Shown here one piece after another: positions 14,727 to 28,740 of a DNA stretch of 64,000 nt. Location of the stretch: NCBI RefSeq assembly GCF_009914755.1, contig NC_060927.1, one strand, 5' to 3'. This DNA comes from the human T2T-CHM13v2.0 reference genome, Homo sapiens. The position numbers and the translations under genes were made by a program. Numbering within the stretch: the stretch's first letter is position 1; every line of letters begins with the position of its first letter. The notes beneath the pieces were generated by a model that was not told the DNA's origin, did not search any database, and saw nothing but the letters and a program-made list of their open reading frames with translations.

Positions 14727-15799
14727 TTAGAGTCAATTCAGAGCTTATAATAGAAAATGGAAAACTTTTAAATTGAGTATTAAAATGAATAGGAGAGAAA
14801 GGTATTATTCTCAGAAAATTGGGACATCTACAGGGCTAGTTGCCAGTTTTAAAGTTTGTTTTTTCAAACAGTTTTAGGCAGCTAAAGGAAAGCAAAGTTG
14901 AGTTTTTCTCCAGATAACCTTGAGATATCTCTTTGAAATTGTCCAAGACTTTTCTGTGTTGGTTGATACAGCCACAGCCTTAAGTAATACACCCAGAGCC
15001 TCTAAGTTTTATGCTTTCATTCATTTTGTAAGAGAAAGCGTGTTTGTATATGAAGCTTTTCATACATGCATGTCTGTGACTATGGCATAATTTTTTCCAA
15101 ATAATAATATTCTGGCTGAGGAGCCCTCAAGGCTGAAGGCAACACTGTTGGAAGACAGTATCTCTGGAAATGGATGTTGTAATACATCTAAGGATGGACT
15201 GGAAATATCTGACAGTAGATTTTTAAGCATAGAGCTGTAATTATCTTGACATTGTTTATATGATATTGTCTTATTCCTTCTTTAAAAAAAAGCAGAAGTA
15301 TGTGAGCCTTAAAATTATTGAGTGAGCTATTTGAAGAATCCTTCAGAGCAGTGCCAGGTAAATTATCTTCTCAGAACTTAGCATTTATCTAAGGAAACTT
15401 TTTGTTCATCTCTGAGTATTGTTAGTAGGAGTTTTTGAGAATTTTTGCAGAAAACCAGGAGTTTGTTCCAGTGGAACTAGGCCTTCATTTTTCAAAGGAC
15501 AGCTAGACAAAAGTGAAGGCATGAGGCAGCAGGGACCTAGCACATGCTAAGCCTTGAGAGAAGAAAGGCGTTAACATGAACAAAGTGCTATGATCGGTCA
15601 CTTTATTGGTTATGCCAGCTCATTGTATTTGGTGCCTTGGTATCAACTCAATTAAGATGAAAATGGAGGGCCAGTGAATGTTCATGAATAGAAACAGAAC
15701 AAAAAAAACAATGAGGAGGATGGTCCATTTTCTTTCTGCACTAGTGGGACCAGTTGATAAGTGAGCTTGTCCAGAGGACTTGACTAAGATGCTTAGGAA

Positions 15800-16130
15800 A
15801 TTAGAAACCATGATTTGAGGTGCAGTTGAAGGTATGGAGAGAGGAAAACCTAGAGCCCTCATTGCTGTTGAAAGACTATCATGTGGAAAAGGAATTTGAC
15901 TTAATATTTGTGATTCAAAAATTAGCAACAAAGGCAAGTGAGGGGAGTCTGGCCAGTTCCCATTCAGCGTAATGAAATCACTTTCTTAAGAGACAGAAGA
16001 AAGTCTTTGTAAAATTCTAGGTCAGAATCTAATAATCCCTTGTTGGTGAAAATGGTGATAGGTACTCAAGCAACTGATGGATGATTAGATTATACTTCAT
16101 AAGTGCTGTCCAATTCTAACATTTTGTGAC
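15800..16130 (+). mobile_element. CR1/L3 LINE fragment
   Basis: tcatgtggaaaaggaatttgactt...gattagattatacttcataagtgctgtccaattctaacattttgtga resembles the L3 3' end. Confidence 0.45.
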
Positions 16131-17021
16131 TTAGGCACAAACAAGACGCTAAACTTGTTTGGAAGTTAGCGTCTTGCATCCAACTTCTAGGTCTACCCCT
16201 AGATTATCATTATTATTATTACATGATTTCAACTAACATTTATATAATGCTTTTTAAAGCACTTTTCTACATGTTATATCACTTGAGCAAGACAGCAGTC
16301 CTACAAAATAGACAGTGTGTTTATTTCCATTTGGGATATGAAGAAATGAAAGATTTCAGTGATTAAGGGACTCCCCACTCCCCAGGGCTCTCCACTACCC
16401 TCACAAGTCATAAAGCAGGTAAGTAGCAGAATTGCCCTGGGGCACAGGCCTACAGACTTTAAATTCTTTTCACTTTTCACCCCATTGTGCTGTTAACACC
16501 ATGTTGCTGAATTGGTCATGGGCCATAAGATAGATGAGTTAACATACTTCATGTTTTAGCTTTTTAATCTGTATAAGGAACGATGTGATTACTTTGTAAA
16601 GTGCTTAGAGGATCTCAACTGAGAGGTGTAAAGTAATTTGTATTTCATAGTTTGTGTTATTATGTGACAAGAAAATGGTTTCCAAAGTGCTTCTATCAAT
16701 TACAAACTGGGAAATGACTCCAGGTAGGCAGCTACCTTTAGTGGATCTTGTTTTCACAGATAAATGACCTAATTAATGAAAAACCCCAAAACCACAATGG
16801 AAGAAAAATTAGACAATAAGTGGCTTAGAGAGAAGGTTGTATTGATTTGGGGGGAAAAATGGGTTTTTTGGTTTTGTTTCTCTCTAACTTTTTGTTTAGG
16901 GTATCTTTGAGTTGTGGGAATAGAATGTTCTCTAGTTAATGAGGCATATTAGATATATTTTCTTTTGTGGTAGTGACTTCTGGTAATGTTTGTTCAGAGT
17001 AGTATATGTTTACAGCACTAA

Positions 17022-17417
<396 letters not shown>

Positions 17418-17849
17418 TAAGCATTGATTTGGAATCCCAGACTTAGAGTAAAGAAGAATGTGATCTTAGAAATTATCTAGGAAAATCCTTCATTTTCTAG
17501 AAAACTGTATCCCAAATGACTTATCCAAAGCCATGCAACTAGGTGTGTTTTGAATTCTATGGTCAAAATTTTCTTTCTGAGTAATGGACAGTCTCCGATG
17601 GCATGAAGAGGAATGGCAGGGCTGTTTACAAAGGTGCAGACATAGGTCGGGCCTGCTACTTTTGTGATCTCAGACCGTAGATCCACCTTATTCAAACATA
17701 AGAACACATTGTCCTTAAAAAGAATAAAATAAATAACTTTTAAGGAATTTTGTGTATGTATTTTTCAAATACAAAAGAACCAAAGTTTTCTTATTCAAAA
17801 GAAACAAAAGAGATTCCCAGTATCTTTTATCTCAGTGTCTTTATCCAAT

Positions 17850-18010
17850 TTACTTGTAATATTTCCTATCTGTTTTCTTCACTAAATGTAAGTCTGCGTG
17901 AGGGCAACAATTTATGTTTAGTTCAGTATTGTGTTCCTATCATTCCTGGAATAATGCCTGGCACATCGGAGATATTTAATAGGTGTTAATGAATTAATGA
18001 ACTAATAAAT
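17850..18010 (+). mobile_element. L2 LINE 3' end
   Basis: actaaatgtaagtctgcgtgagggc...tgcctggcacatcggagatatttaataggtgttaatgaattaatgaa. Confidence 0.7.
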
Positions 18011-19179
18011 GAAAACTGTGAGCAGACTTTCACACTTCTGTGACAGGACATGGTATATAGTAAACTACAGGGAGGAAATACTTCATTCATTTAAGATATA
18101 TTTATTTAGCACCTTATAAAATCATAAAACGTTAGAGCTGGAGGGAATCTTAAGAGACTAGGAAAACCTCTTCATTTTTAGAGATCATGAAAATGAGTGA
18201 GATTTTTAGGGTCCCAAATTTGTTAGTGACAGAGCCACAGAGTATAACTCAGATTTTCTCATTCCTTTTTTTAATTCACTTAAGGGCACAGGAAAACATA
18301 TAAACTAGAGTAAGACATGGCTGCTACATTTATTGAACTTAAATTTAAATTGTTTTAACACCTTTGGACTTGATCTCTTTTGCATGTATCTTCTGTGAAA
18401 TTTAAAGGTTCAACTGGTCAATGAAGAGAGTACTTGGTTAAGATTTTATTTTTTAAGTACTGGGTCACATTTCCTCCACCTGTAGGTTTCATCTATAGTC
18501 TTTGGTTCCCAGGACCATTTCGTACCACCACAATTTTCTTCTGTTCTAATCTAATTGGATTGGATGGATAGGGCATCACATTGAAAGAAACATTCTTTTC
18601 TTACGTTTACTTGAGTTGTCCATAGCAACCTGTCCTGAAAGATTGTCCGTTTAAAGTAAGCCTCTTCAAGACTGTGAACCACCACCCAAGATTGGTGTTT
18701 CATACCGTCTTGATACAAACAGCAGACATCCAGTCATTCAGCTGCGTTAGGATCACTATCTCTTTATCAGAAGAAAGAAGAGAAAAGTAGAAGAGAGATT
18801 TCTACTTCATAATTGAATGTTCTTTGCTTATTAACTGTGGAAGCAAACTTGAAATTCTGGGAGAGAAAGCACTGATGGGGCACACATTGTCTGTGGTGCA
18901 AAGAAAGTCTCAGTTTGGTACTGGTACCTGAACCTACAAGTGCTAATTATGCATCTTCTGGTATTAACACACAAACACAATTAACTGTGAACTCAGCTCC
19001 TTTTCCCTTTCAAACCACCATCATTCCCCCAACCTGCACTTTCCCCACCACTTTCTCTAAAACACACAGATAAGCATCTCCTTACAGACTTTGAAGTGAC
19101 ATTAGGATTGTCAGAAGGCATAATTAATTGACTGTCAGCAAAGCTATTGTTTGAACATCTCTGGAGTTGTACTTGGTAG

Positions 19180-19491
<312 letters not shown>

Positions 19492-20550
19492 CTGTTGTAT
19501 TTTTAATTGACCGATTCTTTCCTCTACAAATATTTATTGAGTGCCTACTACTCACCAATTATTGTAGTGTATACTATGGGAGATAATGGAAATGATATAA
19601 TGGCCAAGGAGAGAAAGCATTTGTCAAATCCTCTAGGGCCAAGGGCTTTGATAGAGAACAGATTTCACAACTGGCAGTGGAAAATGTATTCTTTTCCATC
19701 CAGGTTCAGAGGATTTTGCCACTGTACTTGTGCCATATAAAATGCTGAAATAGTTCATGAGAAGAGGTACAGGCATACATCTTCCTGGTGTGTGAAGATG
19801 AGTGGCAATGCACTGTCTCTGGTTAGAGTTCCCACCAAAAATTGTAAAATACTTAAAAAGAAAAAGCAAAAAATATCCGAGGCAATTAAAAAAAAAAAAA
19901 AAAAGGGAAATCACAGAAGCAGGTCCAAGTTAATGACCTTATCCCAATTCTGTTCCTAAGTCTGACTCTGATGTTAGTCATGTTGTATTTAATTCTTCCA
20001 GATTTCCTATAGTACTGTACAGCTCTGATCTCAGTCCTCACTTGGTTCTAAGGTTTGACCATCAAACTTTGAGCTTGCATGAGCCTTGAACTTGGCTCTA
20101 CTCCTATCTGGCAGTGAGCATCATTTGTTAAAATTCAACAAGAGCAAACAGAAACAGTGTACACTAGTGACTTGCTGAAAGAGCCTAAGAAGATACAGTA
20201 GGCAGGAGTAATGGAAATGAGTTTTTAACCTCCACTGACTCACCCTTTCTTTCCTAGTCACCCTTAGGGTCATGGCAAAGTTACAGAGGCATTTAGAAAT
20301 CATCTTGCTTGAAAGCTTCCCTTTCTTCAGTCATTAGTGAGCATCTTCATAATTTTTTTTACCATATATGTAAACTATCCATAGTATTATTTGCCTAATA
20401 TTTTTATTTAAATCAATTAACTTTTTATCCGACTTTGTCTTCCTTCATGTCAATAACATCTATAATTTGATTCTGTGGGTTGAAGTACTAAGTTGCTTCT
20501 TTCCTGTAAAAGATATTAAACTGAATACTATATTTAAATTTTAAAAATAC

Positions 20551-20862
20551 GGCTGGAATTACAGATCACATCTGTAATCCCAACACTTTGGGAGGCCGAG
20601 GCTGGAGAATTGCTTGAGTCCAAAAGTTTGAGACCAACCCAGGCAACAGAGTGAGACCCCCATCTCTACAAAAAATGAAAAAAATATTACTAGGTATAGT
20701 GATGCACATCTGTGGTTCCAGCTACTCACGAGGCTGAGATAGGAGGATCACTTAAGCACTGGAGGTCAACGGTGCAGTGAGCCGTGATTGCACCACCGCA
20801 CTCCAGCCTGAGTGACAGAGTAACAGTCTGTCTCAACAAAACAAAACAAAACAAAAAACAAA
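20551..20862 (+). mobile_element. AluJ-like with (CAAAA)n tail
   Basis: tgtaatcccaacactttgggaggccgagg...ttgcttgagtcc...gcactccagcctgagtgacagag. Confidence 0.92.
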
Positions 20863-21550
20863 GTTCATTTCATGCACCAGCTAATGTTTGAAATATTGAG
20901 AAATGTGGATATCATTCAACAAGAAGAAAAATTGATAGGATACCATGGTGAAAGAAATGGTGTCCTCAAGCTTACCCATTAAGTGTATAAAGCATAATTT
21001 TTTCTTTTTTCTTTTGCATGCGGAGTCATCATGTTCTTGTGAAGGATCGTGTTGTGTTGTTAGATATTGTTCCAGGCATCCAGCACTGAGAGGCATTGCC
21101 GGCCTGATACTGTCCCACTGACTCACTGTGACATCTTAGGCCGGTTTCTCTTCCATAGGTCTCATCTCTCATATCACGAGATTAGAACACATGAACTATT
21201 GTGATCCTTTTGACCTTAATTCCTTTGCCTCAAACACTTTTCATATATTGTCCTCTCTACACTGTTAAAATGTAGGTGAGTAAGAAAAGCAGCTGCCCCA
21301 TATAAAATTTCAGTGCTGCTTGCCTCAGAGTTCTGGAGAATTGTAAACAAACCCAAGAATTATATTTCCTAGATCACTTTATGCTCTGCTTGTTACTGTT
21401 ACCCATTTCCTGAGGTTTATGAGAGGGTCACTGCCTTGAAAGTAGCTTTCAATGCCAGGTAATAAAAGTGGAATAGGATGTTGAATATGATGAAGAATAC
21501 CATGCACTAAGTGTTGGGTACACTAGCAGCGTCACTGTGTTTCAGCATTT

Positions 21551-21623
21551 TCAGTAATGGTGTTCAGTCATGGTAATTGGCATACCGGCTCAGTAATGGT
21601 GTTTACTAATGGTAACTGGCATA
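21551..21623 (+). repeat. Diverged 34-bp direct repeat (period 39)
   Basis: tcagtaatggtgttcagtcatggtaattggcata vs tcagtaatggtgtttactaatggtaactggcata, 30/34 identical. Confidence 0.85.
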
Positions 21624-24578
21624 TGTGAGTGATATTAGTGTGGGTAACCATCAACGGAGCAATAGTCTAATGTAGATGATACAGCAGTAATAAAAATGAA
21701 TAATTCATCTTTTGTCAGATAGCTTAGTAAAGTGAGCACTAGATTTGGAGTCAGGAAATCCAAGTGTAAGTCATCTTTTCTGTGTGACGTTAGTGACATG
21801 TGACATTTGTGCTCTCCTTAGAGTATTTTGTTATACAGTCTTGAGAACTCTTCTTTTAGCAGCTTTAAAATGAGTGTTATTTTGCCAGAAGAACTAACAT
21901 ATCCATGGACAAGTCAGAAGTTAAAACCAAATTATTTCAGTTTTCTTGTTTAGATTAGCTCTTCTATAGAACCTCAGAGTCTTCCTGAATTTCAGGTATT
22001 TCACTTATTAAAAAGATAATTATCCCTATCTATTTTATGTGCATATTGTGGGAATCAAATTAAATAAGTCGGTATGAAAAAGTTTTCTAAACCGTAGCAG
22101 AAGACCAAAAATTTAAGAGGTGTTAGTATCTCCACCTAGTGCAGCATCTGGTTTGATTTGTGTCATTTATGATTAGTGTGTAATAATCATTCCTCTAAAT
22201 TGTTAACGTCAGTGTTTATCTCTATTTGAATTAACACTTTGTATTTTCTTATGATGTTCTGTTGTAATTGGAATATCGCTGGAGAATACAAAAAGTGTTT
22301 TTTAGTCATTGTGTGTGAGAAAGCAACACACCAAGATATACCACAATGTTCTCGTTTGCTGAGCAAACTACTCTTGCTTTTTAATGTGGAATGTAGAAGA
22401 ACTAATTGAAAAGAGACAAAATGAATTTTGACTCAAATTGAACAGGATGAATCATAACCCACTTTCTCATCTGAGATGTGAGGAAGAAAATGTAAAGGAA
22501 ACCAACCACCACACAGCTTTACTGTCAGTGTCAGCATAATCAATATAGAGTGTTTTTCAACAGAATAAAGAATACATTTCTGCAAGGCTGAGAGTTGCAG
22601 GTAGTCGGAAACCTAGTTATTTTTGCTTTGTCTATAGTCTGCTAAAATTGTCTCGTTCTGCCTTGGTTAAAGCATTCTAATCAAGAGAGTTTGGGGCCCC
22701 TCAGTAATTGCTTCTCAAACCATTCAGAAATGTACCTGTGATCTCTATTGAACAGAGGCCAATCAGAGACTGGACCCTCTATTGAACGTCTGGTCCCAGT
22801 GTCATTTTGTCAGATGGTCAAGAGCAGGGAGACGGCAGACATACAGAAACCTGGACAGGACTGAATTGCTGCTTCCCTGAAAATAACTTACTTGGGTTTA
22901 TTGATGTGAATGATTAAACAAAAACACTTTGTCCTATTGGATTCTAGAATTTCGATGCATAATCCACTTAGCTTGTGAATGTAGCTTAAAAAAAAAAAGA
23001 TTTTACACAAATAAAGAGGCACTATAGCATATCCCAGGAAAAAAACTCTAATTCCTAAGTCAAAATTTATTTCTAATTTTTGTTACTATTGTATTTGATT
23101 CATAACTCTTATGATCTTTATTTTCCTCATGTGTGTTTATATATTTTCTATTTTACTGTAAAATTACTAAGATGGGAGAGCACATCTTTCTTATCTTACT
23201 CTTCCTCTCTTCCCCAAAAAGAAAAATGAGAAGAGGAGATAGAGCTGGATGATTTTTTTAAATATCTTTGTGCCACTCCACCAAGAGTTTTGCTTGCAAT
23301 AGAGGTTCTCTAGTCTGATTTGATCCTAAACCATTCTCACTAATGATTCTGCTTAAAATAAGACTAGTACATATTGAGCACTGACTATTTAGTATGAGTT
23401 CTACATGCATTACTTATATCTGGACTATAACTCTAGGCAGTAGATACTGTTTTTTACAATGAGAAAGCTGAAGCCAAGATGAGTTAAATAATTTTCCCGG
23501 AATCTAGTAATTAGAGTTGCAATTTGAACACAGAACCCAGCTCTTAACCCCTGCATATACCATGCCTGTGACTATAGATTTCAGAAAATGAGCTAGCCAA
23601 AGCCTGGAAAAAGATTAGACTCACAGGATCTGTGCTCATTCCATGACTTTTCTGGTAAATCCTATTCTGTTTTTTCCTCTACTTTCCTTGGGGGATGTTT
23701 TTAGTATGATTTGATTTTCTCTGATTGAAAGCTCTCACTACTAATAAGGGAGCAATTAGAAATACAGGTACACCATCTCTTTGTTTGCTCTGTACCAGAT
23801 GTCTGCTGAGACAGTGTCTTTGCCCTCCTACATGGGTAGTAGTGCCCAGTTGGGCTGCTTAGTCCAGATAACAAAAGGCGATTTCTGACCGTAATTTTTT
23901 TTGTTGTTAATAACACTTGAAATATGCATCTTTATTCCTCCATTCCTTCTTGGACTTGAAACTTGGTTATTATGATTGTAGCAATATTTATGTCCAGAAA
24001 CTCTCTTCTCCCCACAATTTGCCTCAATCCAGTACTGCTTTCTTTCACACACGTAAATAGTTTTAACTTTTAACGATCCATGCCTATGGCATCTTCTAGT
24101 CTAGTGATGTGTAGAAAAGCCAGGCCCAGTCTCATTGCCCAGGTGGAAATAAGAGAGAGCAAGGAAAAGGGGACTGATTTTGAAAATAAAGTCACCCTGT
24201 TGACATGTCATCAGTCAAAAGAGTTCAGTGCAATAGCTAGCAATTGGCTCACTCAGTCGGAAGTTGATGCTATTTTAGGCCGTCAGCGGCAGTGTCAATG
24301 TATCTGTGAATTTTGCCATTTTATTTCATTAAGATGGTTCAGGAAGTCAGACACTGATTAACTGATTCTTCGACTTAGTTCCCACTCCTAATTTTGGATG
24401 TGTGGTGTCTTTAGGAAGCTGCTGTGTCACCTTGATTCTAAAGAAAAGTTTCGTTGTGCCTCTAGAGCAATCCGGAACAGTTTACCCTTGTGTCTGGTTA
24501 TGCTGGAACCTGCTGTGTTCTACCTCTCTGGTCACAGGTGGTATGGGGATACTTTTGCTTCTGGTTCTCCTCTGGCAG

Positions 24579-24785
24579 ATCAAGCAAATACAATCCAAGT
24601 GCGTGCAGCCCGTTCCCATTCAAAATGTATCCGTCATAATAACAGCATTCTCGCTGACGCATTAGACTCAAGGTGGACTTAATTTGGAGATCACCTATGA
24701 AGACATCTGTGGAAGGAATGGCCTCAGCATTGCAGTCACTTTCGAAGTCAAGAGGTATTCTAGACAGACCACACAGCATGTATAG
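24579..24785 (+). other. Candidate 207-nt cassette exon with in-frame premature stop (poison exon)
   Basis: Acceptor acttttgcttctggttctcctctggcAG (24577-24578); donor TAG|GTAAGA at 24786; phase-1 frame gives 34 aa then TAA at 24680-24682. Confidence 0.35.
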
Positions 24786-24909
24786 GTAAGACTAGGAAAA
24801 TTCTAAGTTTTGTGTTGTTGCTAGGGGCTTGTAATCTTATTTTATTTGTAAACATGCTCTAAATAAGAAGGATAAGGATCTCTAGATAGGAAATATATGT
24901 TGTTCTTTG

Positions 24910-25900
24910 TTTCTCCATTTATTCAATAATTATTGAAGGCCTATGATATGCCAGACAATTGTTCCAAGCATTTCCATTAAACATTAGTCCACAAAATATA
25001 GACAGAAGTGCTTACAAATAGCTCAATTCCAATATGATACATTGCTGGAGTTTGGTGATATGGGAGGAAAGAAGTTAGAATGGCTTACTATGAATGGAAA
25101 AGTGGAGAAAGATTTTCTGACATAGATCATGTTAAGACTGAATATTAATGGAATTTTTCAGGTAAGCCATGAATTCAAGGGCATTTCAGACAAACAATTC
25201 AATAGGGACAAAGGTATAGAGACCAACACCAAAAAAAGTGCAATATGACTGCCAAAGAATATTGGAAGGAGAAATGAGACTAAATGAATGATTAGTGGCC
25301 AGATCAAGAGGGCCTCTTATTTCTTACTAAAGAATCTAGAGTCTGTCCTGAAAGTGTGGAAACTCCATGAAGGGTTTCAACAAGGGAACCACAAGATATT
25401 GATTAAAGATCACTCTGGGTACTATTGTGGGGAGAGGTGTTCAATGGGACAAGATTTGGGGGATGAAGATCAGTCTGGGTGTCATTTGTACTTGTCTAAG
25501 GGGAATAAGGGCTGGAACCAAGATAGTCATCTTGTGACAATTTAGAGAAGGGTTTCAAAGGGGCGTAAGAGGGATGGGCTGAGACTTATTCCTGGGCCTC
25601 TATCTTGGGTGGGTAATGACATCACTAAGTGATGTGAGAAAAAGAGAAGGAGTTCAGTAATGGTGATGCCATCAGTCCACAGAGATCCTCTCTTTATCAA
25701 TACTTATTGAGCACTTGCTGTGTGTACACACTGTTCTAAGCATTGGTGCTACAGCAGATGAAAAGCTTCTTTTATGGGGCTTACATTCCAGTGAGAAGAA
25801 AATGATGACACATAAATAAAATACATAGCAGGTCAGATAGCAGTATATCCTATTGAGAAAATTATGCAGGAGAAAGGGATAGTGAGTGATACAGTGGTAT
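24910..25900 (-). mobile_element. L2 LINE fragments, antisense
   Basis: catttattcaataattattgaaggcctatgatatgccagaca; aaagatcactctggg; caatacttattgagcacttgctgtgtgtacacactgttctaagc. Confidence 0.6.
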
Positions 25901-26399
25901 TGGAGTGGAAGTATTATGGTGAATAGTGTGACCGCTATAATTGTGAGGTCTCTATTATGGGTGAAATCTGGTCTGCCTAATTTTGTTTCTTTTCCATTTT
26001 TTGTTTGTTTGATGAATTATTATTTCTCGTAAACAAGGCAAATAAACAGCAATAGCAACATAAACATTTACAAGCACATAGATGTAGGCATAATAGTTTG
26101 TGTTGCCAACATAACACATGCCAGGAAAAACAAAAGAAAACAGCAGCTAAAAAAAGTAAATATCAAAAAAGGGAGCTTTCTCAGACACAAATTCTTATCA
26201 TTCAAAATGCTGTGTAGTTTGAATTAGAAAGTCACAGAATGGGACCTTAGATTTAATCCAAATCTCTTAGTTTAGGCAGAAAAACCTTCAGCCGAGCAAG
26301 GAAGTCAGTTATTCAAGGACACACAGGTAGGTCTACAATTTAGGTGCTCTAACTTCATGTCTAAGGATCTTACCCTTATCACCATCCCAGAAAAGCCCA

Positions 26400-26590
26400 A
26401 AGTAGCTTGGGTCTGAATTTCCACTTTGCCACAGTAACCTTGAGCAAGTTTTGCTTCTCTTTGCAACAGTTTGCTCATTTGCAAGGTAGGGATGATTATA
26501 AAAGTGTCTGTGATAGGGGGTTTTGGAGGATTAAATAAGTTAATAATACATGCAAATTACTTACAGATGTGGGCTGACACACAGTTAATG
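26400..26590 (+). mobile_element. MIR SINE
   Basis: gggtctgaatttccactttgccac...accttgagcaagtt...cagtttgctcatttgcaagg...gaggattaaataagttaata. Confidence 0.7.
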
Positions 26591-28069
26591 TTCAGCAGTA
26601 CTGAGAGTATTGAAACGTTATGATACAGGCTACTTAGGTTTTGTGTATTTGAACATAAACTTCAGACCAATTTCTGGTGATGACCACGGGTAAGATATTC
26701 TGTGTTTTAGTTAAGATGATTTCCAGTTAAGATGTTGAAATATTAAATACTTTTCTTGGGTCACTGAATAATTATAAAATATATTAAAATAACTTTGATA
26801 TTTATTTCATTCATAGAAGTTCTAGACAATCCAGTCTAGAGAAGAGTTATGTAAAATTCTACACCAGAAATAGAACCGTAACCTTGAAAGACAGGGACAC
26901 TTATTCATATATGTATGTCTAACACAAATGGGCCTCATAATTGTTGACAGCCACTTATTGAGCATTGACCATGTGCCAAGCAGCATGCTGAACACTTCAC
27001 ATAGCTGGTCTTACTTAATGCTCACAACAGGTAAGCATTCATATCCGGATTTTTCAGATGAGAAAATTGAGTCTTAGGCAGTTCAGTACCTTGTCCAAGG
27101 TTATACGGATATCAAGAGCCTAGATCATCATAAGCCAAGTCTCTGTTCTTTTTGCTCAGCAAATACCTATTTTTAATGAGGATGCTTTTCTCAACTAGCT
27201 ACTATATTCTGCAACCAGTCTGCATTTTACACTGCTATCCTTTCTGTGTCATTCCTAATACTCATTCATAGAATTATAAGATCATAGATTGTTAAGGCTG
27301 GAGGAAACCTGAGGAGTTTCTTGGTTCTCAGCATAAAGACTCAGAATCACCTGGGGGAGCTTTATCACATTCAAAACTACACACCCACACACATCTACCT
27401 TGTATTTACAATGAAACTCTGATCTACTGACATAACCCTAGATCCACTGAGAAAATATTATTACTCGGAGAAAATTTAGCTGATGGAGTGTGCCATACCC
27501 CACGTGTGATGAGATAACAAAAAAAGTTGACAATTACTGATCTAGTCCAATCTTACATCACAAACATGAAAACAGAATGAAGAGTGACAATCACTTTCTA
27601 AAGATTTTTAAAATGTCACTTATAACTATCTGCAAAAGAACCTGCGTCTTTTGACTTATAATGTTAAGTGATTTTCTTGTTTATTCCTTAAAACTGCCTT
27701 TGTAGAATGCACTATGTTATTTGATGGTTCTGGAGTAATACAAAAGAAGAGAGTGATTAATTTGCCTGGGATCCTACAACAAACCAGTTGACCAAGAGAT
27801 AATAAGCTTATTATATTATGCAGATCTATACCTATTCACTTGGTTTAGTTAAGAAACAGCTCATCAATATGGAATACACATTTTCATAGTAGATTTGTGG
27901 GTTGCATAGCTTTTTTGTGTCTGTTTTCAATTTCTGTTCCTTTGATAACTGAACAAATAACAGAGATGGTGAAACCCAGCAAGCAAATTATCTTCCAGAT
28001 TTTATGTGATCTCCCTTCTCTAGTGAGTTGGTATGTCTACTAATGACACAGTAGATTATAAGGTTATTT

Positions 28070-28740
28070 GGTTTAAGTAAATATTTATGCAGAGCCTATG
28101 ATATGTCCATCTCTGTCTTAGGTGGGGTGAATTAGAATTACTATAAGTGCTTTCTGAAAAAAAAAAAAAATGTACCATGAACAAATTTAGAGGTCTCTGC
28201 CCCCAAGAAGTCCATAGACCATTATAGGTTAGAGAATAAAAAATATATGATAATCCCTTTTCCCATGTGATAAATGTTATAAAGGAGCTCTGTACCTATG
28301 ATTATGAGAGAGAATGTTTGAGAGCTCTAGGAAAAACCTCCCTAGGGAGATTAAGAGGTGATATCTGATGTCTTCATGAAGGAATAAAATGTTTCCAAGT
28401 AGAGAAAGAGAAGAAAGATGTTAGATACAGAAGAAACAGCATGTACAAAGGTATAGAGGTAGGAAAACATGGTATTCTGGGAACAGGAAGATGTTACTTC
28501 CTAACAGAACTTCTCTGTGGCTGAAGCCACATTGAGTTGAGGGACAAGTAGTGGGACAAGGAAGGATAGAGAGTCTGGAGTTCAGTGATAAAAGATCTTG
28601 TGTGATAGTCATAGGAAGGATGTTTTGGATGTTTACCTGTGCAAAATGGGAAATTGTTGACTATTGTCAAACAATGGGTAACATCAGATTAGTGATTTAT
28701 GTAAAACTGAAGGGATAACCATTTCTACTGCTGTATACCA
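28070..28740 (-). mobile_element. L2 LINE fragment, antisense
   Basis: aaatatttatgcagagcctatgatatgtcc...acagcatgtacaaaggtatagagg...aatgggaaattgttg. Confidence 0.55.

Noticed and set aside
21551-21623. Repeat-spacer-repeat pattern as a CRISPR-like array
   Set aside because: Only two copies with a 5-bp spacer, in a primate intron with no cas genes.
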